Source: Octopus bimaculoides (lineage: Eukaryota). From it: DNA of 64,000 nt. The position numbers and the translations under genes are program-made. Under the pieces are notes generated by a model. The model was not told the DNA's origin. It worked only from the letters and a program-made list of their open reading frames with translations, and did not search any database. The stretch is taken from positions 35,801,227-35,865,226 of the forward strand of contig NC_068983.1 of NCBI RefSeq assembly GCF_001194135.2. Direction: 5' to 3'. This document shows, one piece after another, positions 12,212-25,438 of the stretch; within the stretch, counting starts at the first letter, position 1, and each line of letters opens with the position of its first letter.

Positions 12212-12380
12212 GTATCTTGCAGGTCAGTACAACTGTCTCCTGGTCAGTCCCCTTCAGATTTTGTATATTTTGAGAAACCTGCATGCAATCGGTCAGTTCA
12301 TTATGGAGCTTGTTCATCTCTGTGTTTGGTCAGCTTATTATCAATCTCATGAATATGGTCAGTTCATCTTCATCATATAG
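12212..12380 (+). CDS. Candidate exon, unidentified (YLAGQYNCLLVSPLQILYILRNLHAIGQFIMELVHLCVWSAYYQSHEYGQFIFII*)
   Basis: Strong acceptor ttttccttcccacag at 12197-12211 followed by 55 open codons; only weak GTCAGT donors; no homolog recognised. Confidence 0.2.
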
Positions 12381-12861
12381 CTAACTCATTAATATAACTA
12401 GGAAGGTCGCCATGGAAATACTATACCAATCAAGAACTGGGAAACAACACATTTAAATTATTTCCCAAATCCTAACTCGACAGTCAAATTACATTATCTC
12501 AGTGAGTCTTTTCTGAACAGATTTACCAAATATACACCCAATCTTATTTTACAGAAGCTGTTAAGTAGCAAAGGTTAACATCCCTTGACATTGAGAACGG
12601 TTGGGTTCATTTTTAGTATTCTTGTTTGTGAGAGCAGTCAAGTTTTTTTTTTTTTTTTTTCCCAGATATTCTCATTTTAAAAATTATCTCCAGCTAATTA
12701 TTGAGAGGACGTTGGTGTTGCCTTGACAGAGGTTTGCACTCTTTGGGTCCTCTTGTTATTATTATTTTCTGGGTGATGGGGTATGTGCTGAAAAAGCTTT
12801 GCAACTTCTCCAAGACCAGTGAGGTCACTGATGGAGTAGTTCGAACAGTTGCAAGTTGATA

Positions 12862-13244
12862 TGACTGGCACTCCGTCGGTTGCGACGATGAGTGTTCCAG
12901 TTGATCCGATCAACGGAACAGCCTGCTCGTGAAATTAACGTGCAAGTGGCTGAGCACTCTACAGACACGTGTACCCTTAACGTAGTTCTCGGGGATAGTC
13001 AGCGTGACACAGTGTGACAAGGCTGGCCCTTTGAATTACAGGTACAACAGAAACAGGAAGAAAGAGTGAGAGAAAGTTGTGGTGGAAGAGTACAGCAAGG
13101 TTCGCCACCATCCCCTGCCGGAGCCTCGTGGAGCTTTAGGTGTTTTTGCTCAATAAACACGCACAACGCCCAGTCTAGGAATTGAAACCGCAATCCCACA
13201 ACCGTGAGTCCGCTGCCCTAACCACTGGGCCATTGTGCCTCCAC
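12862..13244 (-). mobile_element. tRNA-derived SINE (family A) with 13-bp TSD
   Basis: TSD ttgcaagttgata at 12849-12861 and 13245-13257. Diverged relatives at 26030-26345(-), 55660-55935(-) and 44626-44940(+). Confidence 0.9.
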
Positions 13245-13289
13245 TTGCAAGTTGATAGCTGGAGACAAAAAGACAAAAATGATGGTTAA

Positions 13290-14190
13290 TGGTTATGATT
13301 CATGGTGAGGGAAGGACAATACAGAGCTTCACTGGGTAAAATGAAGAAAATGATCTTTATGAAGGTAGTAAAGATGATGGGGATGATGAGTAAATAGTGG
13401 CTAACAGTTGATTAATGACTGACAATGATGATTGTGATAATTATGGGAGAAAATGATGGTGAAGACAATGATAACAAAGGTGATCAAAAGATGAAAATTC
13501 CAATAACAAGGAAGATAACGATGAGGACAAAGGCACTGAGAGTGTAAATGTGGTAATAATGAACAAAAAAGAAATGCTAAGATGAAGATAACATCAATAA
13601 AGATTATGCCCAAAGTGAAGCTGGAGCCAACTGATATGTGATTTAAAAAAAGCATTCCCACCATGACCATCCCATTAGGATTACAATATCTAATGGGCAA
13701 CTTTAAGCCTACACGCTGAAATTTCAAGGAGATTTTATTGCTGTTTCTAGCAAGCTGAGTGACAATGTAAAGGCTCACTCGATTGCATGATGAGGACAAT
13801 GGTAGTGGCAGTGATCATGAAGATAACTAATGAAAAAACTTATAAATGATAAGGAGGAGGAGGAGGAGGAGGAGGAAGAAGAAGAAGAGGAGGAGGAAGA
13901 GGAGGAGAGTACACACAATAACAAGGACATTCTACTGAAGAATTCCCACATCATGAAATGATTTTCAAGACAGACAGACATCTTTGAAGAGGGATCCGTA
14001 CACCATAAACACTCAACGATCATTAAGGTTTTGAAATGTAAGATTATACAGAAACCATGGAAACTGTTACATTATGGAGAAATAATAGCCACAATGACAA
14101 CACTGGTGGAAGTGATGGTGGTGATGGTGGCGACAGTGATGGTGGTGATGGTGGCATCGGTGGTGGTGGCAACAATAACATGGTTGATGT
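13290..14190. repeat. Degenerate (GAT/GGT/GAG/GAA)n low-complexity region
   Basis: Includes (GAG)n(GAA)n at 13854-13906 and (GGT)n at 14105-14168; stops in the acidic frames. Confidence 0.75.
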
Positions 14191-15866
14191 AACAATCTCA
14201 TTACTAACCAAAGTGAGCTGACCTCATTAACCACATTAGTAATTGGTGTCATTGCAGTGAATCGCTGTTTGTAAATAAAGCATCATCATCGTACACCACA
14301 ACAACAGCGTGTGCTGCTGGCTGGCTGGTTGAGAGGCTGTCAGCTTCCTCACAATAGAACCACCATCACCACCACTGCCACCAAAACCCCCATTATCACC
14401 ACCACTACTACTTTATAAAGAACCAATAGACAGAATCAATAATCAAACAAACAGACTGGAACAAACACCACTAACACAAACAACAACACAAGTGCTACCA
14501 TCACTACCAGTGGGGGGGGGGTGCATTTATGTGGTCATTGAAATGGCTAGAAATAGCAGTTAATCTTTAGCAAATTCCACACTACCGTTTTAGAAAGAAG
14601 AAAAAAATTGGATAATGTGATTTGGGATGCTTTTAATCATAGGTCAGCATGATCACGTCTGATTTGGTGGTCAACACCAACAACCATCCAAACTGCAGGA
14701 CACCAATATTATCTTCTACCCAACCCCCTGCTCTGTGTTTACAGAGGAAAGTAAACACATAACCATTAGGGAATTGCAATAATTAAATTCCTTAGCAAGC
14801 AGGAATACACATACAAACATAAATACACACATTCATAAAAGCCTAAATGCATAATAATTACAAAAAACACACATAGGTGCAGGCTTGACTGTGTGGTTAA
14901 GAAGCGTACTTCTCAACCAAGTGACCATGGGTTCAGTTCCAATGCACAGCACTTTACATATCTTCTTGCATAGCCCTAGGTGGGCCAAATCCTTGGGAGA
15001 AAATTTGGTAGATGGAAATTTAAAGTAACTTGCTATGTGTGTGTCTTTTGCGTTTATCCTCATCATCACTTGACAACCCGTGAATACATCCCTGTAACTT
15101 AGTGGTTCAGTAAAAGAGACTGATAGAAGAAGCACCAAGCCTAAATAAAATAAATTTTATTCAACTAAACCTTTCAAAGCAGTACCCCAGCATGGCTGTA
15201 GTCCAGTGCCTGAAACAAGTAAAAGATACACACGTGCACACACACAAAGTTTTAAATCTATTTATAGAAAGTTTGTGGCCACTAAATTCCAATGAAAGAA
15301 GCTTTGTTTCTTAGCTTTTAGATAGTATCATCACCATTTTGTTTTACTGGAGATATTCAAACAAACATAAAGACACAGTATATGCATCATCATCATCATC
15401 ACCATAATCATCATCGTTTAACGTCCGCTTTCCATGCTAGCATGGGTTGGACGATTTGACTGAGGACTGGTGCAATCCGATGGCTACACCAGGCTCCAAT
15501 CTGATACATATATACATATAAATATGCACATATAAATATACATATAAATACACACACACACACACACGTTTGTGTGTGTGTGTTTATGCAGCACTTAACA
15601 ACCTGTGTTGTTTAGCTCTCTGTAACTTAGCAGTTTGGAAATGGGAGATCAACACAATAAGTACCAGATTTAGGAGTACTGCGGTTGATTTGATAAAGTG
15701 GGCTGCAACCCAACAACTGAAAAAGCAACACACACGTGCACACACACACACACACGCGCTCACACACACACACACACACACATGCACACACACACACTCT
15801 CGCTCGCTCACACACACACATACACATGCATACAAATCTTCCTTGCTAAGTACAAAGTCCATGTGA

Positions 15867-16043
15867 CCTGACAGTCTCACATCAACAAAGAATTGGGTTG
15901 GGCTTGTGTACAGGTTTGAACCTAAACGTTATGGTTTTATTTGGGGAATGAAACAGCCACGGTACATTAGATATATGCAGAACTTGGTCCAAGTCCAAAA
16001 CACTCTAACGAACAGAAAAAAAGGAAAGCGTAACAAGATCTGA
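15867..16043 (+). CDS. Candidate terminal exon or decayed coding segment (..KNWVGLVYRFEPKRYGFIWGMKQPRYIRYMQNLVQVQNTLTNRKKGKRNKI*)
   Basis: 58 open codons in unique sequence; only weak acceptors (ctgacag at 15874, tgtacag at 15913). Confidence 0.2.
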   Translation, partial: PDSLTSTKNWVGLVYRFEPKRYGFIWGMKQPRYIRYMQNLVQVQNTLTNRKKGKRNKI

Positions 16044-16793
16044 TTCATACACTGACTAAGAATCCTGCTCTAAATAACATACCACATAGTGATAGATGAT
16101 ATGATAATAACAAAAACAAAACTGAAAATAAAAATACATTGCCAAAAGCAATGTAGGGACAAAGAACGTGGTATCAGTAAAGCTTAATTCTAAACTGCAA
16201 CAGCCATAGTATGTTATGGTCAGCGGCCATTCATCTGAAAATCCTATTCTGACTGAATAAACAGAATCTCTTAGACAACTTATAAGTGATTTGGGAAGTA
16301 AAGCTCCAACAGGCACAAACACACTATTCTTGAAAGACAGGCCATGGAATACAAATATAAGAGCTTTCCCAATTTAAACTGAATGTAGTCGACAAAATAG
16401 CGGGAATATCCAATGAAAGAGTATAAAAACAACATCCGAGACTAAATTTTAGTGTCAATAATCTCATTCTTTGTTAACTCATGGCAAAGAGTATACAAAC
16501 ATCTTCAGACAGAATGAGCCCAAAGCTAGAAAAATAAAGTTGTTTCTACCAAGAAATATTTTATGCATTTTTTTTGTAATTATTAAATATAACACAATCA
16601 GAGAATATTGTAGTTTCAAGAGTGTAATGTCTTTATGTTTTTACCTTTTACTTGCTTCAATCACTGGACAGTGGCTATGCTGGAGCACTACACTGAAGGG
16701 TTGAGTTGACCCCAGTACATTTTTTATAAGCCTGGTACTTATTTTATTGGTTACAGGAATGTAAACAAACCAACACTGGTTCTCAAGTGGTGG

Positions 16794-16794
<1 letters not shown>

Positions 16795-16887
<93 letters not shown>
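16795..16887. repeat. (CT)n(CA)n microsatellite inside a family B SINE
   Basis: Directly visible. Confidence 0.95.
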
Positions 16888-16888
<1 letters not shown>

Positions 16889-17750
16889 CATATACAATGA
16901 GCTTCTTTCAGTTTCCACCTACTCACAAAGCTTTGATCAGTCTGAAACAATAGAAGACACTGCCCAAGATGTCATGCAGTGGGGAACCCAAAACCACAAG
17001 TTGATTTTAGTAGTGGTGTTGAATGTTTAGTTTCAGATCTAAAATTTTTATTAAATATTCTTCTTTTGCTTTTCATAGTTGATCATTTCATTTTATTTTG
17101 GAAAGAGGAAATATTCTGAATTTTTCCATTTGCACAAATATCTAAATGTTCATTATATGGAACATTTCTAAGAAATGAATCTTGATTTGATGCTTATGTA
17201 CCCCAACCCAATGTATTAATTTTGATTCTATTTGGACAATATAATTTTCATTGCATTGTAGGCATATGATACAACAATTGAGATTTTTGCTTGACAATTC
17301 CTATTGGCATTAACTTCAGGTCCTTCACATTCTTGGAGTTTTTGGTTTTGCCTTATTCAGTTCTGTCATACATCCTATACAATATGCTTGACAAAGTCAT
17401 CTCTCCTGACTCCATTCTCTGTTTTTGGATTTCATATTTTATAAATGAAACAAGTACTAGATAACTAATTTAAACCTCTGAAGGCCAATGAATGAAATCA
17501 GTAAAACACACACACACACACACACACAGATCTACACACATGCCTATATATACATGAACATACATAAGTCTAAAGTGAAACACAAACAAAAACAGGGTAA
17601 AAAAGACTTAACAAAAACAACAAACAAGTATGTAAAGGTAATATAATATAATGTGAAGAAAAAGAAATTTTAACGTTTTGGACAGTTTTCCTTTATCAAG
17701 TTAAATGACATGAGCAGCCCCCACCCCACAAAAAAGCATCTTTGGAAGGA

Positions 17751-17969
17751 TTCGTTACCAACCCGGCTGAAACTGGCTCTGGCTCTGTAGTACAAATGCC
17801 TTGTTTTCATAAGTTTTGAATTAAAATCTTCCACCAAACCTTAGTCACAGTTTATGTTCCTAACATTAGCTTAATGATAACTAAGTTATTTTACTAAATT
17901 CTTTTTTATATTTAAAATTAATCGAAAGAAACACAGAGCATGTCAAAAATAAATACAGTAACGAAAGGG
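17751..17969 (-). mobile_element. piggyBac-type MITE (about 220 bp), one terminus eroded
   Basis: Ends gtaacgaaaggg|TTAA (17970-17973); body homologous to the copies at 50026 and 50278. Confidence 0.75.
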
Positions 17970-18109
17970 TTAAGGGGAAATATGTGTAGGAGTAGTGGAG
18001 GGAAATGTGTGTGAGTGTATGCGAGAATATGACTTTGAATAAAGCATAGGATGTTGTAGGGATTGGATATATAGTAAAGTGCAAGTGACTGCAAGGGTAT
18101 TATAATTAT

Positions 18110-18304
18110 ACATACATACATACACACACATGCAGGCATACATACATGTACACTACATAATACATACATGCATACACACATACATACATACAAACATGTA
18201 CACTACATAACACATGCATACATACATACATACATACATACGTGTATACTACATAATGCATGCATGCATACATATACAATACATGCATGCATACATACAC
18301 ACAC
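18110..18304. repeat. Complex (TACA/TGCA)n array with a 46-50 bp higher-order unit (gta(c/t)actacataa x3)
   Basis: Directly visible. Confidence 0.85.
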
Positions 18305-18587
18305 AGAAATAATATTTACCAGAATTACTTGTATAGTTGATAACTTCTGATTGTGGTATTATAAAAGAGAAACAGCGAATAAACTGTCATCTTTCTTACC
18401 TAGAAATAAGATAGAAGAAAAAAAAAATATTTAAAAAAGAATTCAAAAAGGATAAACATGCAAAAGCTATACATCAAATAGAATGAAATACAAAAACACG
18501 TCCACTAATATTGATTTCTAGAGACAATACAAAATCAGAAATTTTGGTAGGTAGGTGGATGCTGTTGATTAAAATATTTGATACCAG

Positions 18588-18943
18588 TTTATTACTACTG
18601 ACAGTACAACCTGATTGGTACCTGTGCCGGTGGCATGTAAAAAGTACCATTTGAGTATCGTTGATGCCAGTGCCATCTGACTGGTCCCGTGCCGGTGGCA
18701 TTTAAAAAGCATCATTGAAGCGTGATCGTTGCCAGTGTCGCCTGACTGGCCCCCATTCCAGTGGCATGTAAAAGGCACCCACTACACGCTCAGTGGTTGG
18801 CGTTAGGAAGGGCATCCAGCTGTAGAAACTTTGCCAGATCGGACTGGAGCCTGGTGCAGCCTTCTGGCTTGCCTGCCTCCAATCAAACCGTCTAACACAT
18901 GCCAGCATGGAAACTGGATGTTAAACGATGATGATGATGATGA
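18588..18943 (+). mobile_element. RTE LINE 3' end
   Basis: Internal gtgccggtggcatgtaaaa subrepeats and (GAT)n tail. Further copies at 15385-15505(-), 25780-25985(+), 27215-27386(+), 28071-28530(-), 39700-39925(-), 53900-54015(+), 59370-59553(+), 59920-60022(-), 61460-61645(+). Confidence 0.8.
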
Positions 18944-19211
18944 TTTGTTTTAGCAGCCAGTGAAGAATGAAAATCAAAGTTCATCCAGAAGGGATATGAA
19001 CTTGGAACGTAAAGTAAGATATGTACATACTACAAAACATTAAATACATCACTTGAATGTTTCTGACAACACCTTTGATATATTGGTTTCATATTTTGGC
19101 AAGAAGTAATTTTGGGGGATGGGGTAAGTCACTTACAACAACCCAGCTGCTCAACTGGTACTTATTTTATTGACCTTAAAATTCTACCTCGGCAGAATTC
19201 AAACTCAGAGC

Positions 19212-19440
19212 TGGCGAGTTGGCAGAAATGTTAGCAGGCCGGGCGAAATGCTTAGCGGTATTTCGTCTGCCGTTACGTTCTGAGTTCAAATTCCGCCGAG
19301 GTCGACTTTGCCTTTCATCCTTTCTGGGTCGATAAATTAAGTACCTGTTACGCACTGGGGTCGATGTAATCGACTTAATCCATTTGTCTGTCCTTGTTTG
19401 TCCCCTCTATGTTTAGCCCCCTGTGGGCAATAAAGAAATA
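19212..19440 (+). mobile_element. Young family C SINE nested in an oppositely oriented family C copy, 18-bp TSD
   Basis: TSD agaattcaaactcagagc at 19194-19211 and 19441-19458; the insert is CpG-rich. Confidence 0.9.
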
Positions 19441-20175
19441 AGAATTCAAACTCAGAGCCGTAAAGACAGACGACATACCGCTACGCATTTTGCCTGATAT
19501 ACTAACAATTTTGCCTTAATTATAATAATAATTTCCACAATAGGCATGAGGCCTGAAATTTTGGGGAAAGGTACTTGTTAATTACATTGATCCCAGTGTT
19601 TAACTGGTATTTATTTCATCAATCTCGAAAGGATGAAAGACAAAGTCTGCTAAGCATTTTGTCCAATGTGCTAACAATTCTGCCAGCTCACCTTCTTAAT
19701 CCCACCTGTGACATATTAGTTAGAAAAATCAGAATTTAAATTTAGGTGGGGGTTAATGTAAATGCCTATTAGCTGGTAGGGAGAAGAGAAATTGTTCTTT
19801 TTAAACACCGACATCATCATTAACATGTATATTACAGTTTTATCATAAGTGTGTCCATGCATGTTGTAAGAGATGACTAAAACAGTTGACAACAGAAAGG
19901 GGATCCTGCCATAAAACACTGCCCCAGAAAGGCTGTTCATCTCATGCCAACAAGAAAAAGCAGACATCAAAACACTGATGATGGCAGTGATGATGATGAT
20001 AACAATAATAATATCATCACTAGCATTCAATAATTAAATGATTTTGGCATAGAGAAAGAAGCAAGAAATTTAAACCAAAGTTGGAGTCGTTTGAATATGC
20101 ATGTGTCAAAGAATATACGTGAATATCTAAAATACCTATTAAGTCACTCTCTATATATACACACACACATGCACA

Positions 20176-20390
20176 CAGAGTAATCCCTTGACTATCACGG
20201 GTGTTACATTCCAAAACTCCACAACAATAGGTGAAAATCCACCAAGTAGAAACAGTACTGTACTGTATTTTTTAAAATTATTTTTATAATTTGTATCTTT
20301 TTATTTTATTATACATGCAAGACAACATCACAGAGGAATCAATGTAAGCTTAAATAATAAACCGCAATACGGCAAGGAGGGATTGCTATG
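20176..20390. mobile_element. Tc1/mariner (pogo/Tigger-like) MITE
   Basis: Ends (ca)gtaatccct and agggattgcta; highly similar to the copy at 59669-59890. Confidence 0.7.
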
Positions 20391-20393
20391 TGT

Positions 20394-20445
<52 letters not shown>

Positions 20446-22755
20446 CCAAATAGTAAAAGGTAAATATGCTTGTGTTCAGTTCATGAACTATAAACATGTA
20501 TCTATATATAAGTATGTAAAAGGTAAATGTGCTACAGTGTTTGTGGGGGAGTTCGACAGGTAGATCAAAATACCAAAAGGTACAAACAGATGGTGTTGTA
20601 TGTTGTACATGGAAATGTTATTGCAAATGAAAGAATCACACTTAAAGAAAGAAGAATGAAGAGAGGGTGGAAAGAAATACAAAAGGAGTGAAGAAGGAAG
20701 AGATAAAACAAAGTGATAGAGACAATGGGAGAGGGGGAGAGAGAGAGAGAGAAGGGCAAAAAAAAAAAAGGTAAGAATGGTTAGAAGGGAAAAAGGGTGT
20801 TCTTTGTTGTTATGTGAGGTGGTAACCTGGCAGGACTGTTGAAGTTTTGGTAAAAAAAGCTTTGCAGTAGTTGTTCCTATTCTTTACATTCTGAGTTCAA
20901 ACCTTAGACCAAGGTTGACTTTGCCTTTCATCTTACTGGGGGTGATAAAAATAAAGTACCAGTCAAGTATTGGGGATGTATTTGACTAACCCCCTCCCCC
21001 TAAAACTGCTGGCCCTGTATCAAAATTATAAAGAATTATTATTGTTACATTGATGATGGTGATGAGCTGGCAGAATCATTAATCTGTTAGACAAAATGCT
21101 TAGCGAAATTTCTTCCAGCTCTATACATTCTGAGTTCAAATACTGCCAAGATCAACCTTATCTTTCATCTTTTTGGGGTCAATAAAATAAAGTGCTTGTC
21201 AACTACTGGGGTTAATATAATCAACTAATGCTTCTCCTCAAAACTGCTGGCTTTGTGCTTAAATTAGAAACCATTATTACAAACACAGATTTGGTCGAAC
21301 TTACTTTTACTCAAACTACAAAGAAAAGCTATATATATATGAGTCACTGAAGGAGCTTTTACATAGTCTTTGAACTTCCCAGAAAGAGCAACCAAGATCT
21401 CCCTCAAATCACAGTTTACTATCTTAAAGAGGAAAAGACATATAGGAAGATGCAGTCCTAGATATATCATGACTGAAAGGAAAACAGTAGAGTTATGGTA
21501 GGAATGACTTTGATCTTCTCAATCATGGCTTATCTAGGGCAAAACAACAACAACAACAGTTTATATCCATAAAATAATTTATTGGACATAATATACTTCC
21601 AAATATCAAATAGAAACCATTTCAGAAAAAAGTGTTAAGTTAGATTACATTAAGAGCAAAGAGCATTAACATCCATTTTACTTAACTGTAATATAGATGA
21701 AACAATTATGGCTATTTCAGTGTTAGCTTACTAGCCGAGTTTATCTGTAAATCAAGGTGAAGAGTGTTGGTGATGAGTAAGATCTTAAATAATTAATTCA
21801 GGTAGAGTAATCAACTCACACATAGATATATATTTACAAAAACGCAGACACAGATACGCAAACAGATAATATACATACATAAACACAAAGAAATGTAATA
21901 CATACTCAAACAGACACACTACACACGCAAACACACACACTTAAATACACAGTCGTGTATCTTGAATCTAAAATAGATAGCCTCTTAGAATTCCTTCCCA
22001 TAAATATATATATATATATATATAAAGAATCCTTTAGATAAAAAGCCATAACTATTCCTAAACTGAGGCCTAAAATATAATTTATACTATATTTAGGAGA
22101 AAAGAAATTTTCAGATCTCGAAATAAGAAAAACCATTATTTGAAGTAAATATAACAGTCACAACTCCAACAGTAATACTATTTCTAGATAAAACAGTTTG
22201 CGACACAAACTGTCACTATATCAAATTGGTTCCTCCTAATCACTACCCGCCCACCACTCTAGGCTACAGTAATGCAACCCCAGGGTGGATCTTTATCGTC
22301 AGTCAGTCACAACCGAAGGCAGTTTATGTTTATAATGTAATACTATATTTAGTTAGACAAGATTATTTCCATTCAAAGTGCACAAAATGGTAGAAAAACA
22401 AAACTAGTTTATCATTTAAAATAGCACAATTCCATCTCAAATATCAAACCTTGGAGAAAAGATTTTAACAAAAAATATTGTTTTTCATATGGCGCGGTTG
22501 AGAGTAGGAATCTCTTGATGGTTATTCTGTGTGCAAAGGAAAGACACACAACACAACAAACAACAGTATGATTGGATTATTAAATCAGAGAAGGAAAAAA
22601 AGCCATGATGAGTGATCAGAGTACTTGAGAGGTTGTCCAACCAAATGGGGATAAAAAACAAAATCAAGATCGTTTTCCGAACCGCTAAGTTACGGGGATG
22701 TAGACACACCAACATTGGTTGTCAAGCGATAATGGTGGGGACAAACAGACACACA

Positions 22756-22797
<42 letters not shown>

Positions 22798-25381
22798 GCT
22801 TCTTTTAATTTCCGTCTACCAAATCTACTCACAAGGCTTTGGTTGGCCTGAGGCTATAGCAGAAGTCACTAGACCAAGGTGCCATGCAGTGAGACTGAAC
22901 CCGAAACCATGAGGTTAGGAAGCAAGCTTCTTACCACACAGCCACTCCTGTGCCTATTACTGATACTAGCATTTATCAGTAAAAGTTAAGAAAAGAAAAT
23001 AAACAAAAATGATCATCAACTAAACAGAATGGAACCATCTTATTCTATTTCCAAAATCAACAAAGAAGCCTCTACATGATTACTTGATCTCTTAGAAATA
23101 GCAACCAGATCTCTATTAAATCTCACCTCTCTAACTTAAAAAAAAAACAAGGATACATTGGAAAATGTAGTCTGAGCTAAACAAGGTCTGAAAAGATAGG
23201 ATGGTCACAATGGGAATATCTTTGATCACAGGCCAGCTCAATCAAGGATGACCAGGTACAAAACGAAAAACATAACATACCTTCATCAATAAGGTACCAT
23301 TGGACATTCTCATTACTAATTAAGATAAAGGTCTTCAATTAGAAATTTAAACCTTTGGAAATGACTCATAATGCAGTTTAGATAATCTATTTATTTCAAG
23401 TATGAATGTTTGTTGAACTACAAAGAGCTTTTTAAGGCTTGGAGATTAGCCATAACTAAGTACTTGAGAGATACAATTTCTACTGAGTTACCACATCAGT
23501 CTTTCATGGGTAATATTTTCCTGTGAGCTTGTAATTACAATTAAATCAACTAAGGGATGTAGATTTAGATCTGCTCTTCAAATATTCAACAAAGCTACGA
23601 CTTAGAATGGAATTCAGGATCTAAGGAGTTGGTAGTGCAATGCTATATACATTTGATCATTTTGCTTTCACTTTTAAATACAATAAAAAAAAATGTAATT
23701 ACTCTTATCTTATTACTTGTCCATTTTAATAATCAGCTAAACAGTAATACCTTACTGATCAATCAACGTCTTACAGACCAAAGAAAAACAATGATAAAAA
23801 AACAATGCTTTTGCAATGTCTTGTTGGCCAAGCAACAACAATATCCTACTGACTAGCCAAATGTAATGTTCCAACTGCCCCAGCAAAAAGCATTGTTCTA
23901 CTGATTAACCAACAGCAATGTCTGACTGACCCACTAACCATCTAAACACACTGACCTCATGACAAGTCAAGAGCTGCCATTACAGTATCATAAATAACTG
24001 GACTCTACTACCACTTTACTCCCTGTCCATTCTTCAGCCAATTCTAAGGATTTCTTGTATGATATTAATATAGTAAATGTGTAATTATTGTTATCTTGGT
24101 AATTGCACACGATTAGGTTAACCAACTTGGTAAATGCACACACACATGCACACACACACACACAAGAATGCAAGCAAAACATAGTTTAGAGAAAAATGAA
24201 GCAAGGGAGCTTCTCTACAAGGGTGTTCAACCTGCAAGAGACAGCAGTCAAGTCACACTTGCTGTCTTAGAAAGAGAACACTGGGGAGTGGAAAGCATGT
24301 ACTGTGTATGAAAAATGGATGGCCATGGAAAGAATGACAATAATCATAAACCTGTTCAATCAGCAGCACTTTGGAGAAAAGCAAATCTACTGCACAGACA
24401 AAATGTCATAGCTTAATATAGCTGAACACACCATCACACATGGCATGTGTAATAATAACTGTTGCTACCTACAGAAGGTCATGTCTAGGAATGTAGTTTA
24501 AACTTTGATTTTCAATGAAAGAGATAATGACACTGTACAGTCTTCAGTTTCAAAGATTCACACCCACACAACAGAGGAACATGACAATGATGGAAAGAAG
24601 AGAGAATAAGATAAAGAGAGAAACAGAAAAGAAGAGAATATAACACACACACATGCACACATTTTATACCATGTTCCATGCCAGCCTGGAACATGGATGT
24701 TAAACGATAACGATGATAATGATGATGACAGACATTATCATGCTTCACATCTTTGTAAGTATTTTCAGCAAAATATAGCTATAGGTGATGCTTTTTGCAG
24801 TTTCATACTTATTAACTAAAGAATGTGTGTGTGTGTGTGTGCATATACAATAAATGTATAAACATCCTTGTGTGTATGCATGAGTGTGCATATATAAATA
24901 TATACACATGCATACACATATGAATGATTTTATATACATCAAACTCGATAAGTGCATTGACTTGAAACTCAAAGCTCTTGAATAACCTCTGTAGTGATCC
25001 TAGCAAATAATAGTATATACACTCCATTTACACAGTAAGTTTTCTTTCTCACATTTGTAAAACCAAATATACTTACATCTACATACATACTTATACACAC
25101 ACACACACACACACACACACATATGTAGTGTGTGTATTTGTCCATTTTATGTGTTTTTTATGGTTGCATGGGTTTGAATGATACTTATTTCAAGTTGTAC
25201 TTTCACAGTTGGATTCTCTTCCAGTTCAACCCTTTACTATTTTACATGTGATTTTCTTTTTTATTCTACTACTTGGGGGACACAGACCTACAAGACAATA
25301 TTCACTGGAGATGCAAACATTGTAACGCCATGAGGCAATCTCATAGAGAAAGAGAAAATGACAACTTTCATGCACATCTAT

Positions 25382-25438
<57 letters not shown>

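Noticed and set aside
13290-14050. Acidic-looking GAT/GAG-rich sequence
   Set aside because: Frequent stops; derived from simple repeats.
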